The position numbers and the translations under genes are program-made. The notes beneath the pieces were generated by a model, which was not told where the DNA came from, made no database searches, and worked only from the letters and a program-made list of their open reading frames with translations. A stretch of DNA of 64,000 bases. Source: Actinomycetes bacterium (lineage in GTDB: Bacteria > Actinomycetota > Actinomycetes > S36-B12). Positions 41,087 through 49,495 of the stretch are shown in pieces (the stretch's first letter is position 1; each line of letters starts with the position of its first letter). The DNA is taken from positions 25,781 to 89,780 of the forward strand of contig JAHECS010000001.1 of NCBI GenBank assembly GCA_024641635.1, in the 5' to 3' direction.

Positions 41087-41503
41087 TTACGTGAACTGAT
41101 GCGTACGGTAGCCCATTCTCGCGAGCTCCTCCACGACGCCGGCGTCGTCGTCCACCACGATCACCACCTCGTCGGGACCACCGATACCCCGGATGAGGTC
41201 GCCCTTCATCACGGGCGCGGGGCGGTGATCCGCGTCCGCTCGCAGGACCAGCCGCGACACGGCGATGCCGTGCCGATCGAGCCACAGCTCGGTGTCCCGG
41301 CGAGCGCTCTCCGGGCGACCGGAAAGCAGCACGACATCGTGCTCGTCGGCCAGGTCGTGCAGCAGGGCGCGTCCGTGCTCGAGCAGCCCGTCGCCGCCGA
41401 CCTCGGCGAAGAACGCATCCCAGTCCTTCGGGCGCTTCGACAGGTGGTGGGTGCGGTGCGCAGGATCGGCCAGGACCCCGTCGATGTCGACGACGGCGAT
41501 CAC
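41087..41503 (-). CDS. HAD-like phosphatase (polynucleotide-kinase 3'-phosphatase-like small HAD)
   Basis: DxDG motif ([12 protein letters not shown]), LLSGRPE, and VVDDD near the C-terminus. The GTG at 41503 overlaps the gcvP stop (GTGA). Confidence 0.6.
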   Translation of the reverse strand: MIAVVDIDGVLADPAHRTHHLSKRPKDWDAFFAEVGGDGLLEHGRALLHDLADEHDVVLLSGRPESARRDTELWLDRHGIAVSRLVLRADADHRPAPVMKGDLIRGIGGPDEVVIVVDDDAGVVEELARMGYRTHQFT

Positions 41504-44376
41504 GACGACGCCAGCTCCTCCGGACGCGGGCAGGCGCACACGAGGTTGCGGTCCCCGTACGCCCCGTCGATCCGCCGGACCGGGGGCCAGTACTTGTCCA
41601 CGCGCAGGCTCTCGACCGGGAACGCGGCCAGCCGTGCCGGGTACGCATGGCTCCATTCCCCGATGACGCTGTCCGCCGTGTGCGGGGAGTTGCGCAGGGG
41701 GCTGTCCTCCAACGGCCACGTGCCGGCCGCCACCGCGTCGATCTCGCCCTTGATGGCGATCATCGCCTCGCAGAACCGGTCCAGCTCGTAGAGGTTCTCG
41801 CTCTCCGTGGGCTCGACCATCAGGGTCCCGGAGACGGGGAAGGACATGGTCGGTGCGTGGAAGCCGTAGTCGATGAGGCGCTTGGCGATGTCGTCCACCG
41901 TCACGCCCGTCTGCGCGGTGATGCCACGCACATCCAGGATGCACTCGTGCGCGACGAGGCCACGCGCACCCGAGTAGAGGATCGGATAGTGCTCGCGCAG
42001 ACGCGCCGCGACGTAGTTGGCGCTCAGGATCGCCACCTGCGTGGCTCGGAGCAGCCCCTCCGGCCCCATCATCCGGATGTAGGCCCACGGGATCGGCAGG
42101 ATGCCCGCGCTGCCCCACGGCGCCCCGCTCACCGGCCCGACTCCCCCGTCGTCATGACCTCGGCCGCCGGGTCCGGCCTCGGGCCGCAGGGGGTGCGAGG
42201 GCAGGTAGGGCGCGAGATGGGCGCGGGCGGCCACCGGTCCCACACCCGGGCCGCCGCCCCCGTGCGGGATGCAGAACGTCTTGTGGAGGTTCAGGTGGGA
42301 GACGTCGGCGCCGAACTTGCCGGGCTTGGCGAGCCCCACGAGGGCGTTGAGGTTCGCCCCGTCGACGTAGACCTGCCCGCCTGCCTCGTGGACGAGCGCG
42401 CAGATGTCGGTGACGGCCGTCTCGAAGACGCCGTGGGTGGAGGGGTAGGTGATCATGAGCGCGGCCAGGCGCTCCGCGTGCTCGCCCACCTTGGCCCGAA
42501 GATCGTCGACGTCGACGTTGCCCTCGTCATCGCAGGCGACGACGACGACCCGCATGCCGGCCATGACGGCGCTCGCCGCGTTGGTGCCGTGGGCACTGCT
42601 GGGGATGAGGCACACGTCGCGCTCAGGTTGCCCGTTGGCACGGTGGTAGGCACTGATCGCGAGCAGGCCGGCGAACTCACCCTGTGAACCGGCGTTCGGC
42701 TGGAGGGACACGGCGTCGTATCCGGTGGCCTCCACGAGCCACGCCTCGAGCGACCGGATCAGCTCGAGATACCCGGCGGCCTGATCGAGGGGCGCGAACG
42801 GATGGACGGCCGCGAACTCGGGCCAGGTGATGGGCTCCATCTCGGTCGTCGCGTTGAGCTTCATCGTGCATGAACCGAGCGGGATCATGGCGCGGTCCAG
42901 GGCGACATCCCGATCGCCCAGCCTCCGGATGTACCGAAGCATCGAGGTCTCGCTGCGATGGGTGTTGAAGACCGGGTGCGTGAGGAACGGCGACGATCGC
43001 TCGAGGTGCGCCGGGACCCCGAGGTCCGGGTCAGGGACGACGTCGCCGTACGCGAGGTCGGCAGTTCCCGGGTTCAGCGTCGAATAGGCACGCCATAGGG
43101 CCTCGACCTGCTCGGCCGCCGTGGTCTCGTCGGTCGTCGCGGAGACGGTGTCGGCGTCGACCCGTCGGATGTTGATCCCCTCCGACAGCGCCGCCTCGAC
43201 CATGGCGTCGGCCTGCCCCGGGACGCTCCACCTGACCGTGTCGAAGACGTCTGTCGCCGCGAGCCGCGCACCCGCCATCCGAAGCCCGGTGGCGAGCACG
43301 GCAGCGCGCTCCGCAGTCCGCGCAGCAATGCGGCGCAGCCCGTCCGGCCCGTGGTACACGGCGAACATCGAGGCCATGACCGCGAGCAGGACCTGCGCCG
43401 TGCAGATGTTGCTGGTGGCCTTCTCGCGCCGGATGTGCTGCTCACGCGTCTGCAGCGCGAGGCGATAGGCCGGCGCGCCGTCCGCGTCGACGCTCACCCC
43501 GACGAGACGACCCGGCAGGCTGCGCTCAAGCCCGGCCCGCACCGCCATGAAGCCCGCATGAGGCCCGCCGAAGCCGAACGGGACGCCGAAGCGCTGGGCG
43601 GACCCGACGGCGACGTCGGCGCCCAGCTCGCCGGGCGGAGTGACGAGGGTCAACGACAGCAGGTCGACGGCGACGATGGCCAACGCGCCTCGCTCATGGG
43701 CCGCCGCCACGATGGGGGTGATGTCGCGAAGCCTGCCCGACGTGCCCGGATTGCTGACGATGACGCCGGCGAGGTCTCCGTCCGGCAGGTCCCTGTCCAG
43801 ATCCGCGACAACGAGCGTGATGCCCATCGGCTGTGCGCGGGTCTGCAGGACCGCGAGGGTCTGCGGGTGGGTGTCGGCATCGACGACGACGGTGTGGGAC
43901 CCGCCCTTCGCCATGCGCACGGCCAGGGTCATCGCCTCCGCGGCTGCGGTCGGCTCGTCGAGCAGCGAGGAGCCTGCCACCGGAAGAGCGGTGAGGTCCT
44001 CCACCAGCGTCTGGAAGTTCAGCAGAGCCTCGAGCCGGCCCTGGGAGATCTCGGGCTGGTAGGGCGTGTAGGCCGTGTACCAGGCCGGGTTCTCCGTGAT
44101 GTTCCGCAGGATCACGCCGGGGGTGTGCGTGCCGTGGTACCCGAGCCCGATCATGCTGGCGACGAGCGTGTTCCGGTGCGCGAGAGCATCCAGCTCGGCG
44201 AGGGCAGCGGCCTCGCTCACGCCGCCGGGCAGGTCGAGGCCGCCGTGCCAGCGGATCACCTCGGGCACGACGTCGGACGTGAATGCGTCAAGGTCGTCGT
44301 AGCCCAGCAGGCCCAGCATGTGCGCCTGCTCCCGGGCGTCGGGGCCGATGTGGCGGGCGGCGAACTCAAGGCTCAT
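41500..44376 (-). CDS. gcvP: glycine dehydrogenase (decarboxylating), glycine cleavage system P protein
   Basis: ~958 aa single-chain P protein (FAARHIGP..., PLP-site region [16 protein letters not shown]). I prefer the ATG at 44376, preceded by GAGGTG; the track uses the GTG at 44382. Confidence 0.95.
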   Translation of the reverse strand: MSLEFAARHIGPDAREQAHMLGLLGYDDLDAFTSDVVPEVIRWHGGLDLPGGVSEAAALAELDALAHRNTLVASMIGLGYHGTHTPGVILRNITENPAWYTAYTPYQPEISQGRLEALLNFQTLVEDLTALPVAGSSLLDEPTAAAEAMTLAVRMAKGGSHTVVVDADTHPQTLAVLQTRAQPMGITLVVADLDRDLPDGDLAGVIVSNPGTSGRLRDITPIVAAAHERGALAIVAVDLLSLTLVTPPGELGADVAVGSAQRFGVPFGFGGPHAGFMAVRAGLERSLPGRLVGVSVDADGAPAYRLALQTREQHIRREKATSNICTAQVLLAVMASMFAVYHGPDGLRRIAARTAERAAVLATGLRMAGARLAATDVFDTVRWSVPGQADAMVEAALSEGINIRRVDADTVSATTDETTAAEQVEALWRAYSTLNPGTADLAYGDVVPDPDLGVPAHLERSSPFLTHPVFNTHRSETSMLRYIRRLGDRDVALDRAMIPLGSCTMKLNATTEMEPITWPEFAAVHPFAPLDQAAGYLELIRSLEAWLVEATGYDAVSLQPNAGSQGEFAGLLAISAYHRANGQPERDVCLIPSSAHGTNAASAVMAGMRVVVVACDDEGNVDVDDLRAKVGEHAERLAALMITYPSTHGVFETAVTDICALVHEAGGQVYVDGANLNALVGLAKPGKFGADVSHLNLHKTFCIPHGGGGPGVGPVAARAHLAPYLPSHPLRPEAGPGGRGHDDGGVGPVSGAPWGSAGILPIPWAYIRMMGPEGLLRATQVAILSANYVAARLREHYPILYSGARGLVAHECILDVRGITAQTGVTVDDIAKRLIDYGFHAPTMSFPVSGTLMVEPTESENLYELDRFCEAMIAIKGEIDAVAAGTWPLEDSPLRNSPHTADSVIGEWSHAYPARLAAFPVESLRVDKYWPPVRRIDGAYGDRNLVCACPRPEELASS

Positions 44377-44415
44377 GTGCACCTCGACTGTCGGGTATGC
44401 CGGGGCATACGGGGT

Positions 44416-44627
44416 CGGCGGCCACGGTCGTGGCCGCCGTTCCCCCTCTGTTGCCCGCGCACCGCGCGACCTGAGAGCTTCACCGGGCGGACCCGGCTTT
44501 CACCGTCGGTGGGGATCGGCGATCCCGCTTTCCAGAGGTGCCTCTCCCGAGCGGTCCTGCTGCCTGAGAGGTTGTCGGGGAGATTGCTCCTTCGGCGCCT
44601 GGTGGTCCAGGTCTCTCCCGCTCGGGA
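44416..44627 (-). promoter_or_regulatory. tandem glycine riboswitch plus downstream 10-bp hairpin in the gcvP leader
   Basis: Minus-strand aptamer 1: GAGCGGGAGAGACC..GCGCCGAAGGAGCAA..CTCTCAGGCAGCAGGACCGCTC. Aptamer 2: GGGAGAGGCACC..CACCGACGGTGAAAGCC..GCTCTCAGG..GGGCAACAGAGGGGG. These are followed by CGGCGGCCAC-gacc-GTGGCCGCCG (44416-44439). Confidence 0.85.
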
Positions 44628-44688
44628 TCAGTCAGCGAGGGACATGCTAGTCGCAGGGCGGTCCCCGCGCATCGTGCGCAGGCTGAGG

Positions 44689-45297
44689 TCAGATGGCGGT
44701 ACGACGAGCACGGCGGGCGGCCAGCTCGTCCCGCGCTGATGGCGGCTCGACGACGCCACCCTCGGGCTTCTCGCCCGGCAGTTTCGCCAGGGTGCCCTCA
44801 ACCTCACGCCAGACGCTTCCGACGGCGATGCCGAACACTCCCTGGCCGCCACGGACGAGGTCGACCACCTCGTCGGCACTGCGGCACTCGTAGATGCTCG
44901 CGCCGTCGCTCATGATGGTCAGGCTGGCGAGATCCTCGCCGGTGCGCTCGGACAGGTGGTCGACGGCGGCACGGATGTTGGGCAGGGATACCCCCGTGTC
45001 GATGAGCCGCTTGACGATCCTCAGCACCAGGATGTCGCGGAAGCCGTAGAGCCGCTGGGTCCCCGAGCCGGCCGCGCCGCGGACCGTGGGCGTCACGAGT
45101 CCGGTGCGAGCCCAGTAGTCCAGCTGCCGGTAGGTGATCCCGGCAGCCGCGCACGCAACCGGGCCCCGGTAGCCGATGTCCGCCGGGAGGGGACGCAGCG
45201 TGGACTCGTCGAACAGGACCCCCTGAGCCTCCCGCTCGGCCTGGGTCGATACCGCCTGCGGCGTCGCGCCCTCAAGGCTCACTGCGGCCTCCTGCAT
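44689..45297 (-). CDS. MerR-family transcriptional regulator (Rv1830-like)
   Basis: HTH AAAGITYRQLDYWARTGLV and the RLYGFRDILVLRIVKRL motif. Its position next to gcvP matches the mycobacterial arrangement. Confidence 0.8.
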   Translation of the reverse strand: MQEAAVSLEGATPQAVSTQAEREAQGVLFDESTLRPLPADIGYRGPVACAAAGITYRQLDYWARTGLVTPTVRGAAGSGTQRLYGFRDILVLRIVKRLIDTGVSLPNIRAAVDHLSERTGEDLASLTIMSDGASIYECRSADEVVDLVRGGQGVFGIAVGSVWREVEGTLAKLPGEKPEGGVVEPPSARDELAARRARRTAI

Positions 45298-45487
45298 TCT
45301 GAGTCTGGGACTCGGTTCGGTCCAGCGTAGCGCCGGACCCTGTGCTGTCTGTGCCGACGGTAGGCACGCCGATGGCGGCGGTCAATCGACGGCGGCGGCG
45401 TGTCGCAGGGCAAAGTCTCAACCTCCTGCTGAGGTTTCGACAGGGGCGACCGGGGCTCGTGGAGGTCCGCAGATCGCCGTTGCGGGA

Positions 45488-45961
45488 TCAGCCGAAGTCC
45501 TCCGGAGACACCTGATCGAGGAACTCGCGGAACTTCTCCACCTGGTCCTCGGGCTCGGCCGGCTCCTCGTCGGGAATGTCGATGCCCGCAGCGTCCATGA
45601 CCTCGACGGCGCCGCGGATGGGGGCATCCACCCGGAGGGCAAGGGCGATCGCGTCGGAGGGACGAGCGCTCACCTCGGCGCCATTGCTGAACGCCAGCAC
45701 CGCATAGAACACGCCATCCTCGAGTGCGGTGATCCGCACCTCTGTCACCGTCACTCCGAGGGCCGCCAGGATGTCGCGCAGCAGATCGTGGGTCAGCGGC
45801 CGGGGCGGCACGATGCCCTGCTGCGCATAGGCGATGGCCGTGGCCTCGACCGCGCCGACCCAGATCGGCAGGTACCGCCCGCTCTCGCGATCGCGGAGCA
45901 GGACGATGGGGTTGTTGGAGGGCATCTCCACCCGCACGCCGACGACCTCGAGATCCAGCAC
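45488..45961 (-). CDS. bifunctional nuclease (BFN/DUF151) family protein (Rv1829-like)
   Basis: VGVRVEMPSNNPIVLLRD...YLPIWVG..EA.AI, THDLL, and the ARPSDAIALALR motif. Confidence 0.8.
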   Translation of the reverse strand: MLDLEVVGVRVEMPSNNPIVLLRDRESGRYLPIWVGAVEATAIAYAQQGIVPPRPLTHDLLRDILAALGVTVTEVRITALEDGVFYAVLAFSNGAEVSARPSDAIALALRVDAPIRGAVEVMDAAGIDIPDEEPAEPEDQVEKFREFLDQVSPEDFG

Positions 45962-46003
45962 ACGGACAGCGTAACCCCGCCTGCGGGGTTCGCGCCCGTC
46001 GTC

Positions 46004-46729
46004 CTACGCCCTGCCGGATCGGATGAGCTCGGCTCGCAGCAAGGTGGCGTGCAGCTGGACGAACAGCGAGGCCAGCTCGCGGATCGTCTCCTGCTCCCGC
46101 GCCCGGCCATCGCGGTCGCGCGGCTGCGAGTACGGCGTGGCCATCTGCTCGACGAGGCCGCTCTCCCGGTCGGCGACGACGCGGAAGCTCCGCAGGTGAC
46201 GAGCCTCGATGCCGAAGGACGACAGCCGCGCCACCACGGTCGAGATGGCAAGTGCGTCCTCGTCGTAGTGGCCCGCTGCCGTGGCCCAGACCAGGCCGAT
46301 GCCCTCCAGCTGGGCGACGAAGGCCTCGTCGAGACCCGACGCGTCCGCGAGTTCCTCGCGGGTCATGCGCACGCGACCCGCGCCCGGCCGGAAGTCCTCG
46401 GGTCGCATCCCCGTCCCGGCCAGTGGCGCCGTCGGTGGGGCATCGGGATCGGGGAGCCCGTCGCTCAGCGACTCCCGGATCACCTTGAGTGGCAGGTACT
46501 GGTCGCGCTGGAGGGTCAGCACGGCGCGCAGCTGGTCGATGTCTCGCTGCGTGAATCGGCGATAGCCGGAGACGGTGCGCTCCGGGGACACGAGGCCCTC
46601 GGACTCGAGGAACCTGATCTTGCTGATCGTGACGTCGGGGAACTCCCGCTTGAGCAGCGTCAGCACCTCCCCGATGCTGATCGTGCCGGCTACCACTGGC
46701 ACCGACGCGTCACCGACCCGGTCGGTCAT
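46004..46729 (-). CDS. MerR-family regulator (FtsR/Rv1828-like)
   Basis: ISIGEVLTLLKREFPDVTISKIRFLESEGLVSPERTVSGYRRF with a second MerR-like C-terminal half. Lies directly downstream of the garA/odhI homolog, the same arrangement as in Corynebacterium and Mycobacterium. Confidence 0.8.
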   Translation of the reverse strand: MTDRVGDASVPVVAGTISIGEVLTLLKREFPDVTISKIRFLESEGLVSPERTVSGYRRFTQRDIDQLRAVLTLQRDQYLPLKVIRESLSDGLPDPDAPPTAPLAGTGMRPEDFRPGAGRVRMTREELADASGLDEAFVAQLEGIGLVWATAAGHYDEDALAISTVVARLSSFGIEARHLRSFRVVADRESGLVEQMATPYSQPRDRDGRAREQETIRELASLFVQLHATLLRAELIRSGRA

Positions 46730-47235
46730 GTCGTCGAGTCGAGTCCGAGCAGGAAGACGAACCGGAACTTGCCGATCTGAACCTCGTCGCCACCCACCAG
46801 CTGCTGATCCTCGACACGCACCCGGTTGACGTAGGTGCCGTTGAGGCTGCCCACATCGCGGATGCTCCAGCCCTCCGCGCCGTGCCGGAGCTCAGCGTGG
46901 TGCCTGCTCACCGTGACGTCGTCGAGGAAGATCTCCGCCTCGGGAGAGCGACCGACGGCGAGCACCCCTACGGACTGGTCGAGCACGAACTCCTGCCCCT
47001 CGCCCGGGCCCCGGTGGACCACCAGCAGGGCGCTGCCGGACGGGAGCTCGAACTGCGTCCCCGACCCCACCGCGCTGATCGACCCCGATCCGGTCCCCGT
47101 GCCCGTCGGGATGATCGAGGTGATCGACCCGGTGTGCTCGATCTGGTCGAACGCCTCAGCGCTCAACGGCGATCCGCACGAACCGCAGAATCGATCGTCC
47201 GGTGCGGAATCGTGACCGCAGTTGGGGCAGTTCAT
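46726..47235 (-). CDS. garA: FHA-domain protein, GarA/OdhI ortholog with N-terminal zinc-ribbon
   Basis: The FHA core (LPSGSALLVVHRGPGEGQEFVLDQ...IFLDDVTVSRHHAE...VGSLNGTYVNR...GDEVQIGKFRFVFL) is very close to GarA. The N-terminus carries CPNC-x11-CGSC. ATG at 47235. Confidence 0.85.
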   Translation of the reverse strand: MNCPNCGHDSAPDDRFCGSCGSPLSAEAFDQIEHTGSITSIIPTGTGTGSGSISAVGSGTQFELPSGSALLVVHRGPGEGQEFVLDQSVGVLAVGRSPEAEIFLDDVTVSRHHAELRHGAEGWSIRDVGSLNGTYVNRVRVEDQQLVGGDEVQIGKFRFVFLLGLDSTT

Positions 47236-47245
47236 CTCAGGTTGC

Positions 47246-47629
47246 CTATGCCTTCTCCACCAGAGCCCGGTAGTCGGCGGCCGTGAGCAGTCCCTGCATC
47301 GCCTCCGGGTCCGTCGTCCGCAGCTCCACCAGCCAGCCATCGCCGTAGGGGTCGGTGTTGATCGTCTCGGGAGCCGCGTCCAGTGCGCCGTTCACGGCGA
47401 CGACCTCACCGCCGACCGGGGCATAGACGTCGCTCACGCTCTTGGTCGACTCCACCTCGCCGCAGGCGGCGCCGGCAGCGAGCGTGCTGCCTGCAGCCGG
47501 AAGCGAGACGTAGACGATGTCACCGAGGGAATCCTGTGCGAAGTCGGTGATCCCGAAGACGATCGTGCCGGAATCGGTGGCGCGGACCCACTCGTGCTCA
47601 GCGGTGTACCGCAGTTCCTCGGGGTACAT
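47246..47629 (-). CDS. gcvH: glycine cleavage system H protein
   Basis: 127 aa with the lipoyl-lysine motif (GEVESTKSVSDVYAPV). Confidence 0.95.
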   Translation of the reverse strand: MYPEELRYTAEHEWVRATDSGTIVFGITDFAQDSLGDIVYVSLPAAGSTLAAGAACGEVESTKSVSDVYAPVGGEVVAVNGALDAAPETINTDPYGDGWLVELRTTDPEAMQGLLTAADYRALVEKA

Positions 47630-47637
47630 CGTTCCTC

Positions 47638-48360
47638 CTAGTTGGATGTCTCTGGAACTGTAACGGAGATGCGCAGGTCGGTGACGGGCGACGAGGCAAA
47701 ATCGGCGCCCCTCGTCCGCACCGAGTCGGCCACCCCGCCGGGGATGCTCAGCGCAGCGCCCATGGTCTCGGGGTCGCCGATCGCGAGAATCCGGATCGGC
47801 GAGCCGACGGGAACCCCGTCGACCTCGACCCCGTTGCCGGTGTCCGCGAACCAGGTGTCGACCACGACCCGGGTCGACCCCACCGCCATGGCCTCGGCTC
47901 CGGCGTCACGAAGCTCCTGGATGGCATCCACGAGCACGGGCGCGTCGACGGCTCCCTCGGGGTCGTCGATGGTGATGGCCAGGCCCGGACCGACCACAGG
48001 CGTCGTCCCGGAGACCACCCGCAGCGCCTCGAGCCGGCGCCGAGCCTCCGCGAGGGCCTGGGCCGTCGATCCTGACTCGAGCTCACCCTGAAGCAGGGTC
48101 AGCCGGGCCGACTCGGCCTCCAGCCGGTCCTGACGCGCACCGAGATCGTCGAGGATCTGCACGAGGTCCTCGGTACGAGCCGTGCGCCATGGGGCGTCCG
48201 CGTCCCCCGGGCGCAGGACCGCGACCGAGACGAGCAGCCCCAGGACGAGGAAGAGCAGGCCGATGACGAGGTGCGGACGGTTCGGCTGGAAGGCCAGCTG
48301 CGCGAGCAGCGACCGGCTCGTCTCCTTGGCGGGGTCGTCCGTCATGGCGTCGCGCCTCAC
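47638..48360 (-). CDS. DUF881-domain membrane protein
   Basis: N-terminal TM segment, coiled-coil region and a C-terminal domain (GPGLAITIDD..., ELRDAGAEAMAV) typical of DUF881. An alternative ATG start lies at 48345. Confidence 0.75.
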   Translation of the reverse strand: MRRDAMTDDPAKETSRSLLAQLAFQPNRPHLVIGLLFLVLGLLVSVAVLRPGDADAPWRTARTEDLVQILDDLGARQDRLEAESARLTLLQGELESGSTAQALAEARRRLEALRVVSGTTPVVGPGLAITIDDPEGAVDAPVLVDAIQELRDAGAEAMAVGSTRVVVDTWFADTGNGVEVDGVPVGSPIRILAIGDPETMGAALSIPGGVADSVRTRGADFASSPVTDLRISVTVPETSN

Positions 48361-48689
48361 GCCCGGAAGAGGATGCGCCTGATGGCGGCCGCGTTCGCGA
48401 AGATCCGCATCGCCAGCACCACGACGACCCCGGTGGACATCTGCGCACCCACCCCGAGCTGATCACCGAGGAAGACGAGGAAGGCCGCGATGACGACGTT
48501 GGACAGGAAGCTGACCACGAAGATGCGGTCATCGAAGCGCTTCTCCATCAGGGCACGGAAGCCCCCGAAGACCGCGTCCAGCGCCGCCACGATCGCGATG
48601 GGCAGGTACGGCTGCATCCACAGGGGAACCACCGGATGCCAGAGGATCCCGATCGCGACTCCGACGAGAAGTCCGATGATGGCGATCAC
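48357..48689 (-). CDS. small basic membrane protein (DUF1290/Sbp-like)
   Basis: 110 aa and hydrophobic, sandwiched between two DUF881 genes as in Rv1823-Rv1825. GTGA overlaps on both sides. Confidence 0.75.
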   Translation of the reverse strand: MIAIIGLLVGVAIGILWHPVVPLWMQPYLPIAIVAALDAVFGGFRALMEKRFDDRIFVVSFLSNVVIAAFLVFLGDQLGVGAQMSTGVVVVLAMRIFANAAAIRRILFRA

Positions 48690-49495
48690 GACCCGGCCCC
48701 TTCCTGGTCCGTCTGCGCGAATCTCGGGTCGCGCACCACCCCCGCCGGCAACGCTACGTCACCGGTCGACGTCGTCGACACCAGGCCGTAGTCATCGGCG
48801 AGCGTGGCCAGCAGCGCGTCGAGACCGGAGTCTGTCTGCCCGGACGTCGAGGTGCCGACGGCCGAGATGACGTAGGGGCGCCCGATGGGGCGGTAGTTGA
48901 CGAGGATCGCCTCGCCGGCCCCCCGGATGGCGGTCGTCCCGGTCAGCCGCTCCTCGTTCACCGCGATGCCCACCGCCCCCGTCCGCCACAGGGTGTTGAC
49001 GATGTCCTGCAGGTCCCGGTCGAGCACGCGGTTGAGCGACCCAGCCTCGGCACCCGGAGCGTCGTCGATCGTCACGGTTACCCCCGGACCGGACAGCTCG
49101 GTCACGGCGGCCAGCTGCGCGAGCCGCGACAGTTCGGCCTCCTGCTCCGGCGTGACTCCACCGAGGACGTCAGCGCGCAGGCCGTCGACCGTCGAGGTCT
49201 GCCCGTCGACGGTGGCCTGCCGTTCCGCGACGGATGCGGTGAGCGTCGACACCCGCTCCACAAGCGCGTCGCGGGTCGACTGACGCTGCTCGTCCGCGGC
49301 CCGAGCGCTGATGACCGCGACGATGATGAGCAGACCGATGACGACCATGGCTGGGACGGCCAGCAGGTGACGACGGCGCCCCGGAGCCCCCGGCTCGGTC
49401 GGAGCGACCTGCGCGTACTCGTCGACGACGGCCTGGGCGATGAACCGCTCGAGCAGCCCGGATTCGGACCCGTCCTCGAGGGTGGGAGTGCTCAC
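48686..49495 (-). CDS. DUF881-domain membrane protein
   Basis: TM segment (LLAVPAMVVIGLLIIVAVI), coiled coil and GPGVTVTIDD... domain. I chose the GTG at 49495, which overlaps the upstream stop; the longer track ORF overlaps the preceding gene by 120 nt. Confidence 0.75.
   Translation of the reverse strand: MSTPTLEDGSESGLLERFIAQAVVDEYAQVAPTEPGAPGRRRHLLAVPAMVVIGLLIIVAVISARAADEQRQSTRDALVERVSTLTASVAERQATVDGQTSTVDGLRADVLGGVTPEQEAELSRLAQLAAVTELSGPGVTVTIDDAPGAEAGSLNRVLDRDLQDIVNTLWRTGAVGIAVNEERLTGTTAIRGAGEAILVNYRPIGRPYVISAVGTSTSGQTDSGLDALLATLADDYGLVSTTSTGDVALPAGVVRDPRFAQTDQEGAGS

Noticed and set aside
45400-45487. Possible intrinsic terminator after the BFN nuclease gene (AACCTC..GAGGTT stem)
   Set aside because: The stem is only 6 bp with no U-tract, which is too weak to call.
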